A stretch of 64,000 nucleotides of DNA, taken from NCBI GenBank assembly GCA_903858935.1, contig CAIOKO010000070.1, forward strand, positions 14,003-78,002, written 5' to 3'. Position 1 is the stretch's first letter. The number at the start of each line of letters is the position of its first letter. Made by a program: the position numbers and the translations under genes. The DNA comes from an uncultured Schlesneria sp. (lineage in GTDB: Bacteria > Planctomycetota > Planctomycetia > Planctomycetales > Planctomycetaceae). The notes under the pieces are model-generated. The model saw nothing but the letters and a program-made list of their open reading frames with translations. It was not told the origin of the DNA and made no database searches. This document shows positions 1 through 8,628 of this stretch, in pieces.

Positions 1-2
1 TC

Positions 3-101
3 TTCCTGCTCTCAGCCGAGAAGACAGAAGACCTGATCCACGTCATCTTCGACAACTTGAAGCACGATTCCATGCAGCCTCGCAAGGTGGTGGAGAAATA
101 A
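3..101 (+). CDS. 3' end of a gene truncated by the window edge (…FLLSAEKTEDLIHVIFDNLKHDSMQPRKVVEK*), product unknown
   Basis: Open frame from 3 to TAA at 99-101, 2 bp before the TetR GTG start; not in the ORF track. Confidence 0.55.
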   Translation, partial: FLLSAEKTEDLIHVIFDNLKHDSMQPRKVVEK

Positions 102-103
102 TC

Positions 104-754
104 GTGACAACACTGGAGACAGTCAGACCACCAACGAACGATACCGAGGAACGGCTGCTCGATGCCGCGCTGACTCTCTTCGCAGAAAAGGGGTACGAAG
201 CGGCGAGCGTGAGGGAAATCATCGAGGCGACCGGTGTGACCCGCCCCGTGCTGTACTATTACTGTTCCAGCAAGGAAGACCTCTTCAAACGGCTGGTGCA
301 TTGGAAGCACGACGAGGCTTATCGGGAACTCACTAAAACCGTGACCGACACGAAGGGTTGCGCCAATCGACTGCGAGCCATCATGCGGGGTTCATTCGCC
401 TTTTGTGCAACCGACCCTCGTGTCCCTCGGCTGATGTTCCAGACTCATTTCGGTCCGACAATTCCAGGCATTGCCGAATTCATGACCGAAGTCGCCAAGT
501 TACGGTTTCTAATCGTCCAACAGGTCATACAGGATGGTTTGGACGGCAAAGAAATGTCAGGAGGAGACGCTGCCTCATTGTCGCTGATCTTTTGCTGCAT
601 CATGGATCAGCACATCAACGTGCTGGCACGACTTCCAAAACCCAAAAAACGGCTCACCATTGAGTTAGCCGATTCACTGGTGGATGTCTTTCTATATGGC
701 GTGGGATCGGGGAAGCGAGCACCTGTATCGCTGCCACCATTCGCAGCGGGTTAA
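104..754 (+). CDS. TetR/AcrR family transcriptional regulator
   Basis: N-terminal HTH ERLLDAALTLFAEKGYEAASVREIIEATGVTRPVLYYY. Confidence 0.92.
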   Translation: MTTLETVRPPTNDTEERLLDAALTLFAEKGYEAASVREIIEATGVTRPVLYYYCSSKEDLFKRLVHWKHDEAYRELTKTVTDTKGCANRLRAIMRGSFAFCATDPRVPRLMFQTHFGPTIPGIAEFMTEVAKLRFLIVQQVIQDGLDGKEMSGGDAASLSLIFCCIMDQHINVLARLPKPKKRLTIELADSLVDVFLYGVGSGKRAPVSLPPFAAG

Positions 755-1041
755 TCGATATCACCTGACGATTGTCAGAATCGATTTTTCGCTGATCTGG
801 CTTTGCTTGAACAGCGCTGCAGGAAGATCTTTTGCACACCCTCTGTGGCAATTGTTGACGGAGTGCAATAGTTCGTCACTTCCTGTCGGTCTCGGATTCG
901 TTCCGGTCGTCCTGCTGGTTTCATTTGCTCAACGAATAAACACCATTTTGCCGGTTAAACCGATTCTCGTTTTGCGGTAATCATCTCGCAGCGTGTGTCT
1001 GCAATAACAATCATGTTTAAGCAAATTCGTCGTGACAGGAA

Positions 1042-1260
1042 ATGAAAATGACAGAATCCAATGCAACCGAACCGACAAACTGGCCAGATCTGGCAATGTC
1101 ATTGTTTGATGGTTTGACCGGTCGAAAGGCGGAAATCACCTACGATTTTGATCAACTCGAGGTGTCTGTTCCCCATCACGTGGGGGAGGCTTGCAAATAT
1201 GCCACGTGGAAGTTGAACGGTGTTTTGAAAATCCGAACCGCTGAAAAGACTCAGGCCTGA
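1042..1260 (+). CDS. Small hypothetical protein (72 aa)
   Basis: Protein-like ORF (WPDLAMSLFDGLTGRKAEITYDFD…WKLNGVLKIRT); 2 bp from the next ORF. Confidence 0.7.
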   Translation: MKMTESNATEPTNWPDLAMSLFDGLTGRKAEITYDFDQLEVSVPHHVGEACKYATWKLNGVLKIRTAEKTQA

Positions 1261-1262
1261 TC

Positions 1263-1592
1263 ATGTTTTCTAAACTCGGATTCGCCATTGATATGGAAGT
1301 CGTTGCCAATGGCGAATCCTTTTTCGTTCGTGGAGATGACCAACGAGTGGTGATTAGTTTTCCCTCGATTGGTGCTGCCAGGCGAGTTCTTGCATCTGCC
1401 TTGAATGACCACGGCAACACTTTCTTCCAGACGGCACAATTACCGGTCGGCACTGTATTCGAATCACGAGTCGCCGGCCGGACGATCGCATTGAGTGGTC
1501 GTGAAATCAGCTCAAGTTTATTGGCGCGAATGCTGGGAATTCCGGGGACCCGATTTTTCCTGGTCGATCTGTTGCGGTGTGTCTTTACCTGA
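1263..1592 (+). CDS. Hypothetical protein (109 aa)
   Basis: ATG ORF tightly coupled to the 72-aa gene. Confidence 0.6.
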   Translation: MFSKLGFAIDMEVVANGESFFVRGDDQRVVISFPSIGAARRVLASALNDHGNTFFQTAQLPVGTVFESRVAGRTIALSGREISSSLLARMLGIPGTRFFLVDLLRCVFT

Positions 1593-1848
1593 ACCTGAGC
1601 ACCGCATTCCCCGTTCTCGATGTCTGGTCGCGTGACAATTCGGGCGTAAAGATCTTTCGTTTCGGATTCCGTTTCCAACGTACTGCTGGGAGTCGTTCTT
1701 TATTTAGTGGGGTGACGTAGTGAGATTCAGTATTTCTGTCACCATTCCGGGCAGCTCCGTGACTTTTCTTTCGCCTCTATTTTGATGTGCGATAACTTCG
1801 TCCTCTCGCATGAGAATTTTGACCTCTGAGTCGAAAATCAGGCATTCT

Positions 1849-2023
1849 CCCAAAGTAACCATCGTCGCTCCGCGTGATGAGCATGCGTCGGAAACAATTC
1901 ACACGTTGCCGACGCACAGCGACAGATATTCCGAGTGAATTTCTGATTTGAGAACATGCGTATGGGAATTTGGTAGGTGCTCGAACAATGCTCATCACGC
2001 GGAGCGATGATGGCTACTTTGGG
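1849..2023. repeat. REPIN-like element copy 1 (36-bp inverted GTAG-type REP arms around a conserved ~100-bp core)
   Basis: Arms 1849-1884 (cccaaagtaaccatcgtcgctccgcgtgatgagcat) and 1988-2023 (atgctcatcacgcggagcgatgatggctactttggg) are reverse complements with 2 mismatches; homologues at 4419 and 17367. Confidence 0.88.
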
Positions 2024-2153
2024 CTGAGACCACCCTCGCAGAAGCCATGTCTTGAAATCGACGTTCAGTTTGTTGCCATTCGGAGCCAGTCAACAGTGAT
2101 ACCGATTTATGGTACAACTAGACGAGCTCGATTTCGCCTGATGGATTTTCTCA

Positions 2154-2558
2154 ATGCCCTGGATCGAATGGTACAACGCTCTCTCAAAGCCTTCCTGGAC
2201 GCCTGCCCCGGCGACCATCGGGCTGATCTGGCAGATTCTTTACCCGGTCATCCTCATCAGCTTTGGGTTCGTGTTCGTGCAGGCGATCCGACGCAAGGTG
2301 CCATGGCGGGTGGCGTTGCCGTTTGCCATTAATTTCGTGTCAAATCTGATCTTCACGCCGATCCAGTTTGGAATGCGGAACCTGCCGCTCGCGGCGGTCG
2401 ACATCCTGGTCGTGTGGGCCACGATCATCTGGATGGTGGTCGTTGTCTGGCGGCACTATCGCTGGGTGGCAGTGGCTCAAGTACCCTATTTTGTGTGGGT
2501 GTCGCTGGCGACGGTGCTGCAACTGAGCATCACCTGGATGAATTGGGGAAAATCATGA
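2154..2558 (+). CDS. tspO: TspO/MBR family tryptophan-rich sensory protein
   Basis: WYNALSKPSWTP…IW..LY motif, Trp-rich multi-TM protein, C-terminal PY..WV..AT.L. Confidence 0.92.
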   Translation: MPWIEWYNALSKPSWTPAPATIGLIWQILYPVILISFGFVFVQAIRRKVPWRVALPFAINFVSNLIFTPIQFGMRNLPLAAVDILVVWATIIWMVVVVWRHYRWVAVAQVPYFVWVSLATVLQLSITWMNWGKS

Positions 2559-3130
2559 TCCAGAGAACGGTGGCGATGTTGTTTCTCATCCTGACGGGGT
2601 CGTTCGTCATGGCAGCAGAAGTGCGGCAACTGTTGTTTGCCTTCCCCGGCGCCGACTCGGCAAAGGAATGGCAAACCATCAACGACGGCGTGATGGGTGG
2701 CGTCTCAGATGGCAAATTCAAAATCACTGAAACAAAGACGCTCGAGTTCTACGGCACACTTTCACTGGAGAACAACGGCGGCTTTGCCTCGGTAAGGACC
2801 AGGGCCAGCCAGCTTGGCCTGGCAAAAGGGGATACCGTAGTTGCCAAGATCCGGGGTGACGGGCGGGATTATACTTTGAACCTCTACGTCAACAAGCCCT
2901 TGGTCGCCTTCTCGTATAAGGCAACAGTACAGACGAAGAAGGACGAATGGATTGAGATCAAAGTGCCGCTCGACAAGTTCGAAGCAACTTCGTTCGGACG
3001 GGTCGTCAAGGACGCAGGGCCGGTCGATCCAAAGGATGTCAACTCCCTGGGCTTCATGTTGAGCGACAAGAAGGCGGGGTCATTCAAGCTGGAGATCGAG
3101 TCGATCCAAGTTGAGCGGGCTGGGAAGTGA
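2555..3130 (+). CDS. CIA30 family (complex I intermediate-associated protein 30-like) protein with signal peptide
   Basis: WQTINDGVMGGVS…LSLENNGGFASVR motif; ATGA overlap with the tspO stop. Confidence 0.9.
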   Translation: MIQRTVAMLFLILTGSFVMAAEVRQLLFAFPGADSAKEWQTINDGVMGGVSDGKFKITETKTLEFYGTLSLENNGGFASVRTRASQLGLAKGDTVVAKIRGDGRDYTLNLYVNKPLVAFSYKATVQTKKDEWIEIKVPLDKFEATSFGRVVKDAGPVDPKDVNSLGFMLSDKKAGSFKLEIESIQVERAGK

Positions 3131-3438
3131 AAGGCCGAGTGTTCCAGCTCCCGTCGAAAACCGTGCCACCTCTTCACAGTCCTCGATCGAGCAGTGACGA
3201 GCTACAAAATGACCGTCGATTTCAAGCCACTGCTTTTCCGAGGACTCCGAAGCAGTGGCACATTAAGATGAAGCAGTCGTGAGCTGTATCCACTGCGGTG
3301 TGGCTCCGGTACTTTACTTCCGACCTGGGCGAGTCGATCATTACTGGAAAAACGGGCATCGTCAGCCCGTAACGTATGACACCTTTCCGAAGTTAGCCGA
3401 CGAACGGCCGGTAAACACTGCTTAAAAGGAATGTAACA

Positions 3439-3954
3439 ATGTCGAAGGCATTACTGGTTATCGATCTGCAAAACGACTACTTCCCTGGCGGAGCGTTTCC
3501 GCTGTGGAACACGGATGTCGTCCTGAAAAATATCGAGCACGCCATCGAGAAGGCGAATTCTCTTGGCGTCCCCGTCATTCACATTCAGCACATCGCCAAC
3601 AGCAAGCAGGGGATTGCCCCGTTCTTCAACGAAGGAACACCGGGAGCTGACATTCATCCCCAGATCCTTGCCGCTGCCCCTAAAGCCCCGATTGTTATCA
3701 AAGAATTCGCCGACAGTTTCGAGAAGACGACGCTTGAGGAAACGCTGTCCAAGCTCGGCGTCACGGAGCTGCTGGTCTGCGGCATGATGACCCAGAACTG
3801 TGTGACTCATACAGCGATTTCAAAAGCGGCCGAGAAATACAAGGTCACGATCCTGCCGGACTGTTGCACCACAGTCAGCGAGATTCTGCACCTGATCGCC
3901 TTGCACGCGGTTTCGACACGAGTGAAGCTCGTGTCTTCAAGCGAGGCGCTGTGA
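3439..3954 (+). CDS. Isochorismatase/cysteine hydrolase family protein
   Basis: ALLVIDLQNDYF, K..ADSF..T.L, GMMTQNCV catalytic Cys motif; AAGGA RBS. Confidence 0.92.
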   Translation: MSKALLVIDLQNDYFPGGAFPLWNTDVVLKNIEHAIEKANSLGVPVIHIQHIANSKQGIAPFFNEGTPGADIHPQILAAAPKAPIVIKEFADSFEKTTLEETLSKLGVTELLVCGMMTQNCVTHTAISKAAEKYKVTILPDCCTTVSEILHLIALHAVSTRVKLVSSSEAL

Positions 3955-3995
3955 TTCGAGTTTGATGGAGGCATACGAACTTTCGAGCACGACCG

Positions 3996-4412
3996 ATGAC
4001 CGACACGGAATTTCTCGAAGCTTTCGAGAGTTGTACGCTCCCAGAGGCCCAATGGACACACGAAGCACACGTTCGTATGGCGTGGCTTTATCTCCAAAAG
4101 ATGCCGCTTTCGGAGGCCATGCCGGTCGTGCGACAGGGGATCAAGCGTTACAACGCGTCGCTGAAGAAACTATTGGCTTATCACGAATCGATTACGCAGG
4201 CCTTTCTCCATCTCATCAGTCACCGAATGCAGTGCAGTGGCGATCGCCTGTCATTTGCCGATTTTTGCAACGAGAACCCTGACCTTCTCGACCGGAACAT
4301 GACGGCCTTGTTGACTTACTATCGCAAAGAGACTCTGTTTTCGCAGGCAGCACGGGACGGGTTTGTGGAACCGGATCTGGCGATATTGCCGAATACTACT
4401 GCGAGGTTTTAA
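3996..4412 (+). CDS. Hypothetical protein (FLEAFE…WTHEAHVRMAW…YHESIT)
   Basis: Protein-like ORF with His-rich motifs downstream of the hydrolase. Confidence 0.75.
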   Translation: MTDTEFLEAFESCTLPEAQWTHEAHVRMAWLYLQKMPLSEAMPVVRQGIKRYNASLKKLLAYHESITQAFLHLISHRMQCSGDRLSFADFCNENPDLLDRNMTALLTYYRKETLFSQAARDGFVEPDLAILPNTTARF

Positions 4413-4418
4413 TTCAGA

Positions 4419-4591
4419 CCAAAGTCGCCATCATCGCTCTGCGTGATAAGCATTGTTCGAGAACCAGGCGAATATCAATCCGCGTGTCAGCAAATCAGAA
4501 ATTCAAACGACGTATCTGTCCCGATGCCGAGGCAACGTTTGAATCGTTTTCGACACATGCTCATCACGCGGAACGATGATGGTGACTTTGG
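4419..4591. repeat. REPIN-like element copy 2 (opposite orientation to copies 1 and 3)
   Basis: Arms 4419-4453 (ccaaagtcgccatcatcgctctgcgtgataagcat) and 4557-4591 (atgctcatcacgcggaacgatgatggtgactttgg); core aligns to the reverse complement of the copy-1 core. Confidence 0.87.
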
Positions 4592-4628
4592 AAGAAATCC
4601 TGATGCATTGATTCAATAAGTCAAAGCT

Positions 4629-5105
4629 TCAAACCCATCGCCGAACGCGCGCCCGGTAACCGTTGTACGCATCACCGAACTTGGAATGCATCATCCGTTC
4701 TTCAGGAATGATCTGGAATCGGTTTATGAAAAAGACGAAGCCGAGTGGTCCGATCAGTGCCCAGGGTGCAGCGAGGCAAACGGCCCAACCAATTAACACA
4801 ATGGTAAATCCAACGTACATGGGATTTCGGCTGTAACGAAAAATGCCGTCGGTGACGAGTGCCGAAGCCTGTTCGATATCTACAGGATTGATCGTCGTGT
4901 GATGCCGCCAGAAAGTTCTGGCCCCAAGTGCCACCACAAGGAGACCCAGCACAATGGCGATACCACCAATCGCGAATTGCAAATTGTTTCCGATCTGAAT
5001 CGCAGGAATAAACCAGGCACTCACTGCCATGGCCACGCTGATCAGCACCACAACCAGCGGCGGTGGAATTCTGTTATCGAGCGGGTGTTTTCGTTCGTTT
5101 TTCAT
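4629..5105 (-). CDS. Isoprenylcysteine carboxylmethyltransferase / PEMT-like membrane methyltransferase
   Basis: RIPPPLV N-terminus, GIFRYSRNPMYVG motif, EE..M…FG..Y..Y…V.RW C-terminus; ATGA overlap with the upstream gene. Confidence 0.88.
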   Translation of the reverse strand: MKNERKHPLDNRIPPPLVVVLISVAMAVSAWFIPAIQIGNNLQFAIGGIAIVLGLLVVALGARTFWRHHTTINPVDIEQASALVTDGIFRYSRNPMYVGFTIVLIGWAVCLAAPWALIGPLGFVFFINRFQIIPEERMMHSKFGDAYNGYRARVRRWV

Positions 5106-6412
5106 GATGGGAAACACTTTCCAAAAGCAACTAATAACGTCGGCGAGCCTTTAATCCGAATTTTGCGACGCAGGAGCGCCCAAACGAGGCTTCGCTCTTT
5201 CGCCAGGAAACCGAGCCACGTCTCGCTGTCAGCGGTCAGTCGAAGGTCGGCCTTTCCTTCGTGACCATCCGAAACACGGATCGTCTTGTCTTTAATCACG
5301 ACCGTGGCGATATGAGGTTCTTTGCCGGTGAACGTCAGGTGGTAGACGGCATCTAGTCCCACAGAATGACCTCGTTGAAACGTGTATGTCATCCCGCTGA
5401 GGAACCCTTTAATGGTGCGTGGCAGCAGACTCCCTCGGACTTGTTTCACTTTCTTGTGAGGGAACCGCTTTTTGACATGATCTTCAGCGTCGGATTTGGG
5501 GACGACATAGATCGTTTCCTCTTTCTGCAGAAGTGGTTTCACGATCACGTCCAGGAATTCCTTTCGGTCAGCCTGGAACGGCCCGATGACATCTTCACCG
5601 GCAGGACAGACGGAAAGGCAATACGCCGCCTTGTAGTTCGGTCCGAAGGCGAGGCTTTGCCACGTTGAAACCGTTTCTTGACGAGTCACTTTCTTGCGCA
5701 GGTCTAAACCGCTCTTCGCGTCGGCTACCCGTTCCACCCAATCGCTGAAGCCACCCATGAACTCCCGATAGTTGTGCGTGTAGCAAGATGCCAGGTCGAA
5801 CTTGCCATCCGGCGAGATCGCTCCGACGGGACACGCTGCCACGCACAGTTTGCATGACAGGCACGGGTTGTAGTCAATTGGTTTGTCATACTCGGTCACC
5901 TCGGCGCCGATGAGAACCGTCCCCAGCAAAATGAAGTTGCCAAACTTCGGGTGGATGACGTTGCGATGAATCCCCATCATGCCGAGCCCTGCCGCAACGG
6001 CGACCGGCTTGTGAGAGACAACCCACATCTTTTCCGGAAAACGGTCGGATTCCATCGGGAACCCCATTGGTGGGTTGATCGCTGATACCCCCTGTTGTTC
6101 CAACGCGGTGACAACCGCACGGCACACGTCATTGACGTCTTCACCGGTTGAGTGAAATTCCAGGTTCGCCACAGAACGAGCCGGGTTCCGGATCGGCTCG
6201 CGGTTCATGCGGCAGACGATGGCGAGTAACGCTTTGGTCTGCGGGTAGAATTTCAAAATGTCGGCCCGCTGGTCATCCAGCCCCGGATCGCCAATCGGAA
6301 CCAACCCGGCATCGTCAGCCCCGTGATCGAGAGCAAGCTGTTTGAGCCAGACAGAATCCAGCCTGTTTGATTTCGAGTGATCTGGTTTTGTCTGTTCCTC
6401 CGTCAGTTTCAT
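5102..6412 (-). CDS. QueG/reductive-dehalogenase-like 4Fe-4S protein with C-terminal SCP2 sterol-carrier domain
   Basis: SHKPVAVAAGLGMMG…HPKFG, CLSCKLCVAACP ferredoxin motif, second YCLSVCP motif; C-terminal SCP2-like ADLRLTADSETWL…IRIKG. Confidence 0.82.
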   Translation of the reverse strand: MKLTEEQTKPDHSKSNRLDSVWLKQLALDHGADDAGLVPIGDPGLDDQRADILKFYPQTKALLAIVCRMNREPIRNPARSVANLEFHSTGEDVNDVCRAVVTALEQQGVSAINPPMGFPMESDRFPEKMWVVSHKPVAVAAGLGMMGIHRNVIHPKFGNFILLGTVLIGAEVTEYDKPIDYNPCLSCKLCVAACPVGAISPDGKFDLASCYTHNYREFMGGFSDWVERVADAKSGLDLRKKVTRQETVSTWQSLAFGPNYKAAYCLSVCPAGEDVIGPFQADRKEFLDVIVKPLLQKEETIYVVPKSDAEDHVKKRFPHKKVKQVRGSLLPRTIKGFLSGMTYTFQRGHSVGLDAVYHLTFTGKEPHIATVVIKDKTIRVSDGHEGKADLRLTADSETWLGFLAKERSLVWALLRRKIRIKGSPTLLVAFGKCFPS

Positions 6413-6426
6413 CGCACCCCCCATTA

Positions 6427-6438
6427 TTGTATATACAA
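6427..6438. promoter_or_regulatory. Putative MarR operator TTGTATATACAA
   Basis: Perfect 12-bp palindrome ~15 bp upstream of the QueG-like start; near-identical site at 6940. Confidence 0.65.
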
Positions 6439-6462
6439 GCATAAGATCAAAAAAACACGGCA

Positions 6463-6915
6463 TCAGACACGATTCGATTCACTGGCTCTTTTGGCCGCAT
6501 TATTGAGAAGCGACACGAAGTCATCACCCAGCACTTCTCTGGCTTCTGCCTGAGCCTTTTCCCATGCCGGGATCGCTTGTTCGATGAGTCGTTTCCCTTC
6601 TTCCGTCAGGCGGAAGGGACGGCTGCGAGCGTCGTCAGTGGGAACTTCTTCCAGCCAGCCATTCTTGCGCATCAGTTCCACATTACGGCTGAGTGTCGAA
6701 GTATCGAGCTGCAAATGCTCGCAAATCTGGCCCGGGCTGGCGACACCCAGTTTGCCAGTGAGTATCAGAATATTCCCCTGGCTGATCTTCAAACCAAAAG
6801 GTCTCAGTGCATCATCATAAATGTTAGAGACAACCCGATTGATCAGGCGTAGCCGGCCGGCAATACAGGTCTTGGCAATGGTTTCGATGTTGGTGACAGG
6901 CTTGTCCATACTCAT
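6463..6915 (-). CDS. MarR family transcriptional regulator
   Basis: wHTH: YDDALRPFGLKISQ..IL, LDTSTLSRNV, D.RSR…LTEEG. Confidence 0.92.
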   Translation of the reverse strand: MSMDKPVTNIETIAKTCIAGRLRLINRVVSNIYDDALRPFGLKISQGNILILTGKLGVASPGQICEHLQLDTSTLSRNVELMRKNGWLEEVPTDDARSRPFRLTEEGKRLIEQAIPAWEKAQAEAREVLGDDFVSLLNNAAKRASESNRV

Positions 6916-6939
6916 GCGGCTCCCTCACCGCTCAAATGA

Positions 6940-6951
6940 TTGTAGATACAA
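6940..6951. promoter_or_regulatory. Putative MarR operator TTGTAGATACAA (autoregulatory)
   Basis: Differs by 1 base from the palindrome at 6427; 25 bp upstream of the marR start. Confidence 0.65.
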
Positions 6952-7080
6952 CTATCGGCAAGTTCAAGGGGTAACTTCGAGAAATCTGACGTATTCCCTT
7001 CACCCGCCCCCTCTCGCCGCTTCGAACGTGTCAAAGTCAGATCATCGACATCTCTCAACCGAAGTCCGAATCGAAAGGCG

Positions 7081-7608
7081 TCAACGCGGTCCTTTGCCCT
7101 GGCTCAACGCTGTCTGCCATGCTTCCGCTGCGACCCACAATGACGCACCGAGCAAAACAGCATCCTTCAGGAGAAACTGGCCCGGAACGGACAAGGCCGG
7201 AAATCCCAGCGACGGTTCCCATCCAGGTGTCGTTACGATGAAGCTCAGCGTCCCGACGAACATGGCAGCGGCGGCCAGGCTGCTATAGGCCGACACTCTC
7301 GGCCAAACGGGGCGGGTTGCGATCAACAGGCCTACGACAATCTCAACCACGCCGAGGATCGCCGAGAACTGGTTTACGCTGAAGATCTGGTAGAGCCAAC
7401 TCATCAGCGGGCTGTTTGCCACGAACGGCCGAATCCCTTCCGCTTCGTAATTCGTGAATTTCATCCCCCCGATCCAGAGGAATACCAGCACCAGACTGTA
7501 ACGGGTCACATGGACGCCGCTCGTTTGAAGCAGGGAAACGAGGCGATCTTCCCAAAAGGCCGGCACGATGTTCTTCTTAGTTGCGACAGTTTGCGTTGCG
7601 ATAGACAT
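7081..7608 (-). CDS. DUF417 / YkgB (RclC-like) inner membrane protein
   Basis: WIGGMKF..YEAEGI.PFV.NSP.MSWLY, GQFLLKD motif; AGGAG RBS before ATG at 7608. Confidence 0.9.
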   Translation of the reverse strand: MSIATQTVATKKNIVPAFWEDRLVSLLQTSGVHVTRYSLVLVFLWIGGMKFTNYEAEGIRPFVANSPLMSWLYQIFSVNQFSAILGVVEIVVGLLIATRPVWPRVSAYSSLAAAAMFVGTLSFIVTTPGWEPSLGFPALSVPGQFLLKDAVLLGASLWVAAEAWQTALSQGKGPR

Positions 7609-7823
7609 GGTTAAACTCCTGTGAAATAAGATTGGGGCTTGTGAGCCCTGGTTTTGTAGTACTAACGTTTGGTTTCTTCGCGCACCGCCATGATTTTCCA
7701 CGGAAGGAAAAGGTTTCCGCCGAGCTGCGAGGCAGGGACACGCATCGACTTAGCCGCTCGGCAGGAACGTCGCCACCCCTTGGGATGCAGGCGCTAATCG
7801 CGCCGTGTTCTTCAGGGTCAGTG

Positions 7824-8060
7824 CTAATTGCAGAGGGCCAAGCAAAGCATCTCGTATTCTTCCCGGCACTCGTCGCAGATTGAAAGGTGCTGCTCGATGG
7901 CTTCGATCCCTTCGGGGATCGGCTTGCCAAGTAAATTCAATTCGGCGAACTCCCCGACCTGCATCAAGCACACATCGCAGTCGATTTCAACAGGATGCGT
8001 GGCACGTACGACATCGAGCATTTTCTGGAGTTCAAGATGTGATAAGTACATGGCGCTCAT
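7824..8060 (-). CDS. Small zinc-finger (zf-HC2 anti-sigma-like) protein
   Basis: EIDCDVC and HLSICDECREEY (H-x3-C-x2-C) motifs. Confidence 0.72.
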   Translation of the reverse strand: MSAMYLSHLELQKMLDVVRATHPVEIDCDVCLMQVGEFAELNLLGKPIPEGIEAIEQHLSICDECREEYEMLCLALCN

Positions 8061-8111
8061 TCTTCATTGCCGTGTTGCAGCACTCTTCCGGTCGGAAAAA
8101 GACTGTGAACT

Positions 8112-8495
8112 TCAAGCGACCGCAAGAGCAGGGCTTACTTTCGACACGTGAGCGTTCAGCAGGAACGTGACAGCCAAGACGGCGGCTCCATTGGCCCAAT
8201 AGTAGCCTGCATCGAGTCCGCTGAAGCCGAGAACGAACGGGGCCACGACGAATGTCATGCCCACCAAACGATCCACGGCGACATGAAACGAGTACGGCAG
8301 CACCTTGATGACGCCCGTTTCATGATCGGTCAGCAGTGTCAGAATAAGCGCCGCAACACCAGTTGCGACAGAAAGCCATTTGGCAACGGGGTTCGAAGAA
8401 CCAAGATTGAGGAGAAACGGCATCACCATCAGACTGATGGCAACGGGATAGTCGATGCAGGCGTGAACTTGGCGATTGACGAATCGAAGGTTCAT
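8112..8495 (-). CDS. SPW-repeat-like membrane protein
   Basis: H..IDY.V…L…PFLL repeated as H..VD..VG…APFVLGF. Confidence 0.75.
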   Translation of the reverse strand: MNLRFVNRQVHACIDYPVAISLMVMPFLLNLGSSNPVAKWLSVATGVAALILTLLTDHETGVIKVLPYSFHVAVDRLVGMTFVVAPFVLGFSGLDAGYYWANGAAVLAVTFLLNAHVSKVSPALAVA

Positions 8496-8628
8496 AACAT
8501 TTTCCTTTGAGCTGATTGTCTCGACAGGGCCGACCTGCTTCGGATGACCAACAAGGTCACCCCGCAGGGTCGGCCATTGAGTTCTTACGGTCGATTAAGT
8601 CGTCTGAGCGAACTGTAAGATCGACTTC

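Noticed and set aside
1777-2332. ORFs containing the recurring peptide MLITRSDDG[YH]FG (1777-1998, 1970-2332, 17309-17515, 17505-18098)
   Set aside because: The peptide is simply the translation of the REP arm; the ORFs have no other coherent content and overlap real genes
3131-3438. Intergenic gap with a 10-bp stem (gccactgctt…aagcagtggc) considered as a small RNA or AraC remnant
   Set aside because: No second copy, no U-tract and no recognisable peptide remnant; at most a weak terminator
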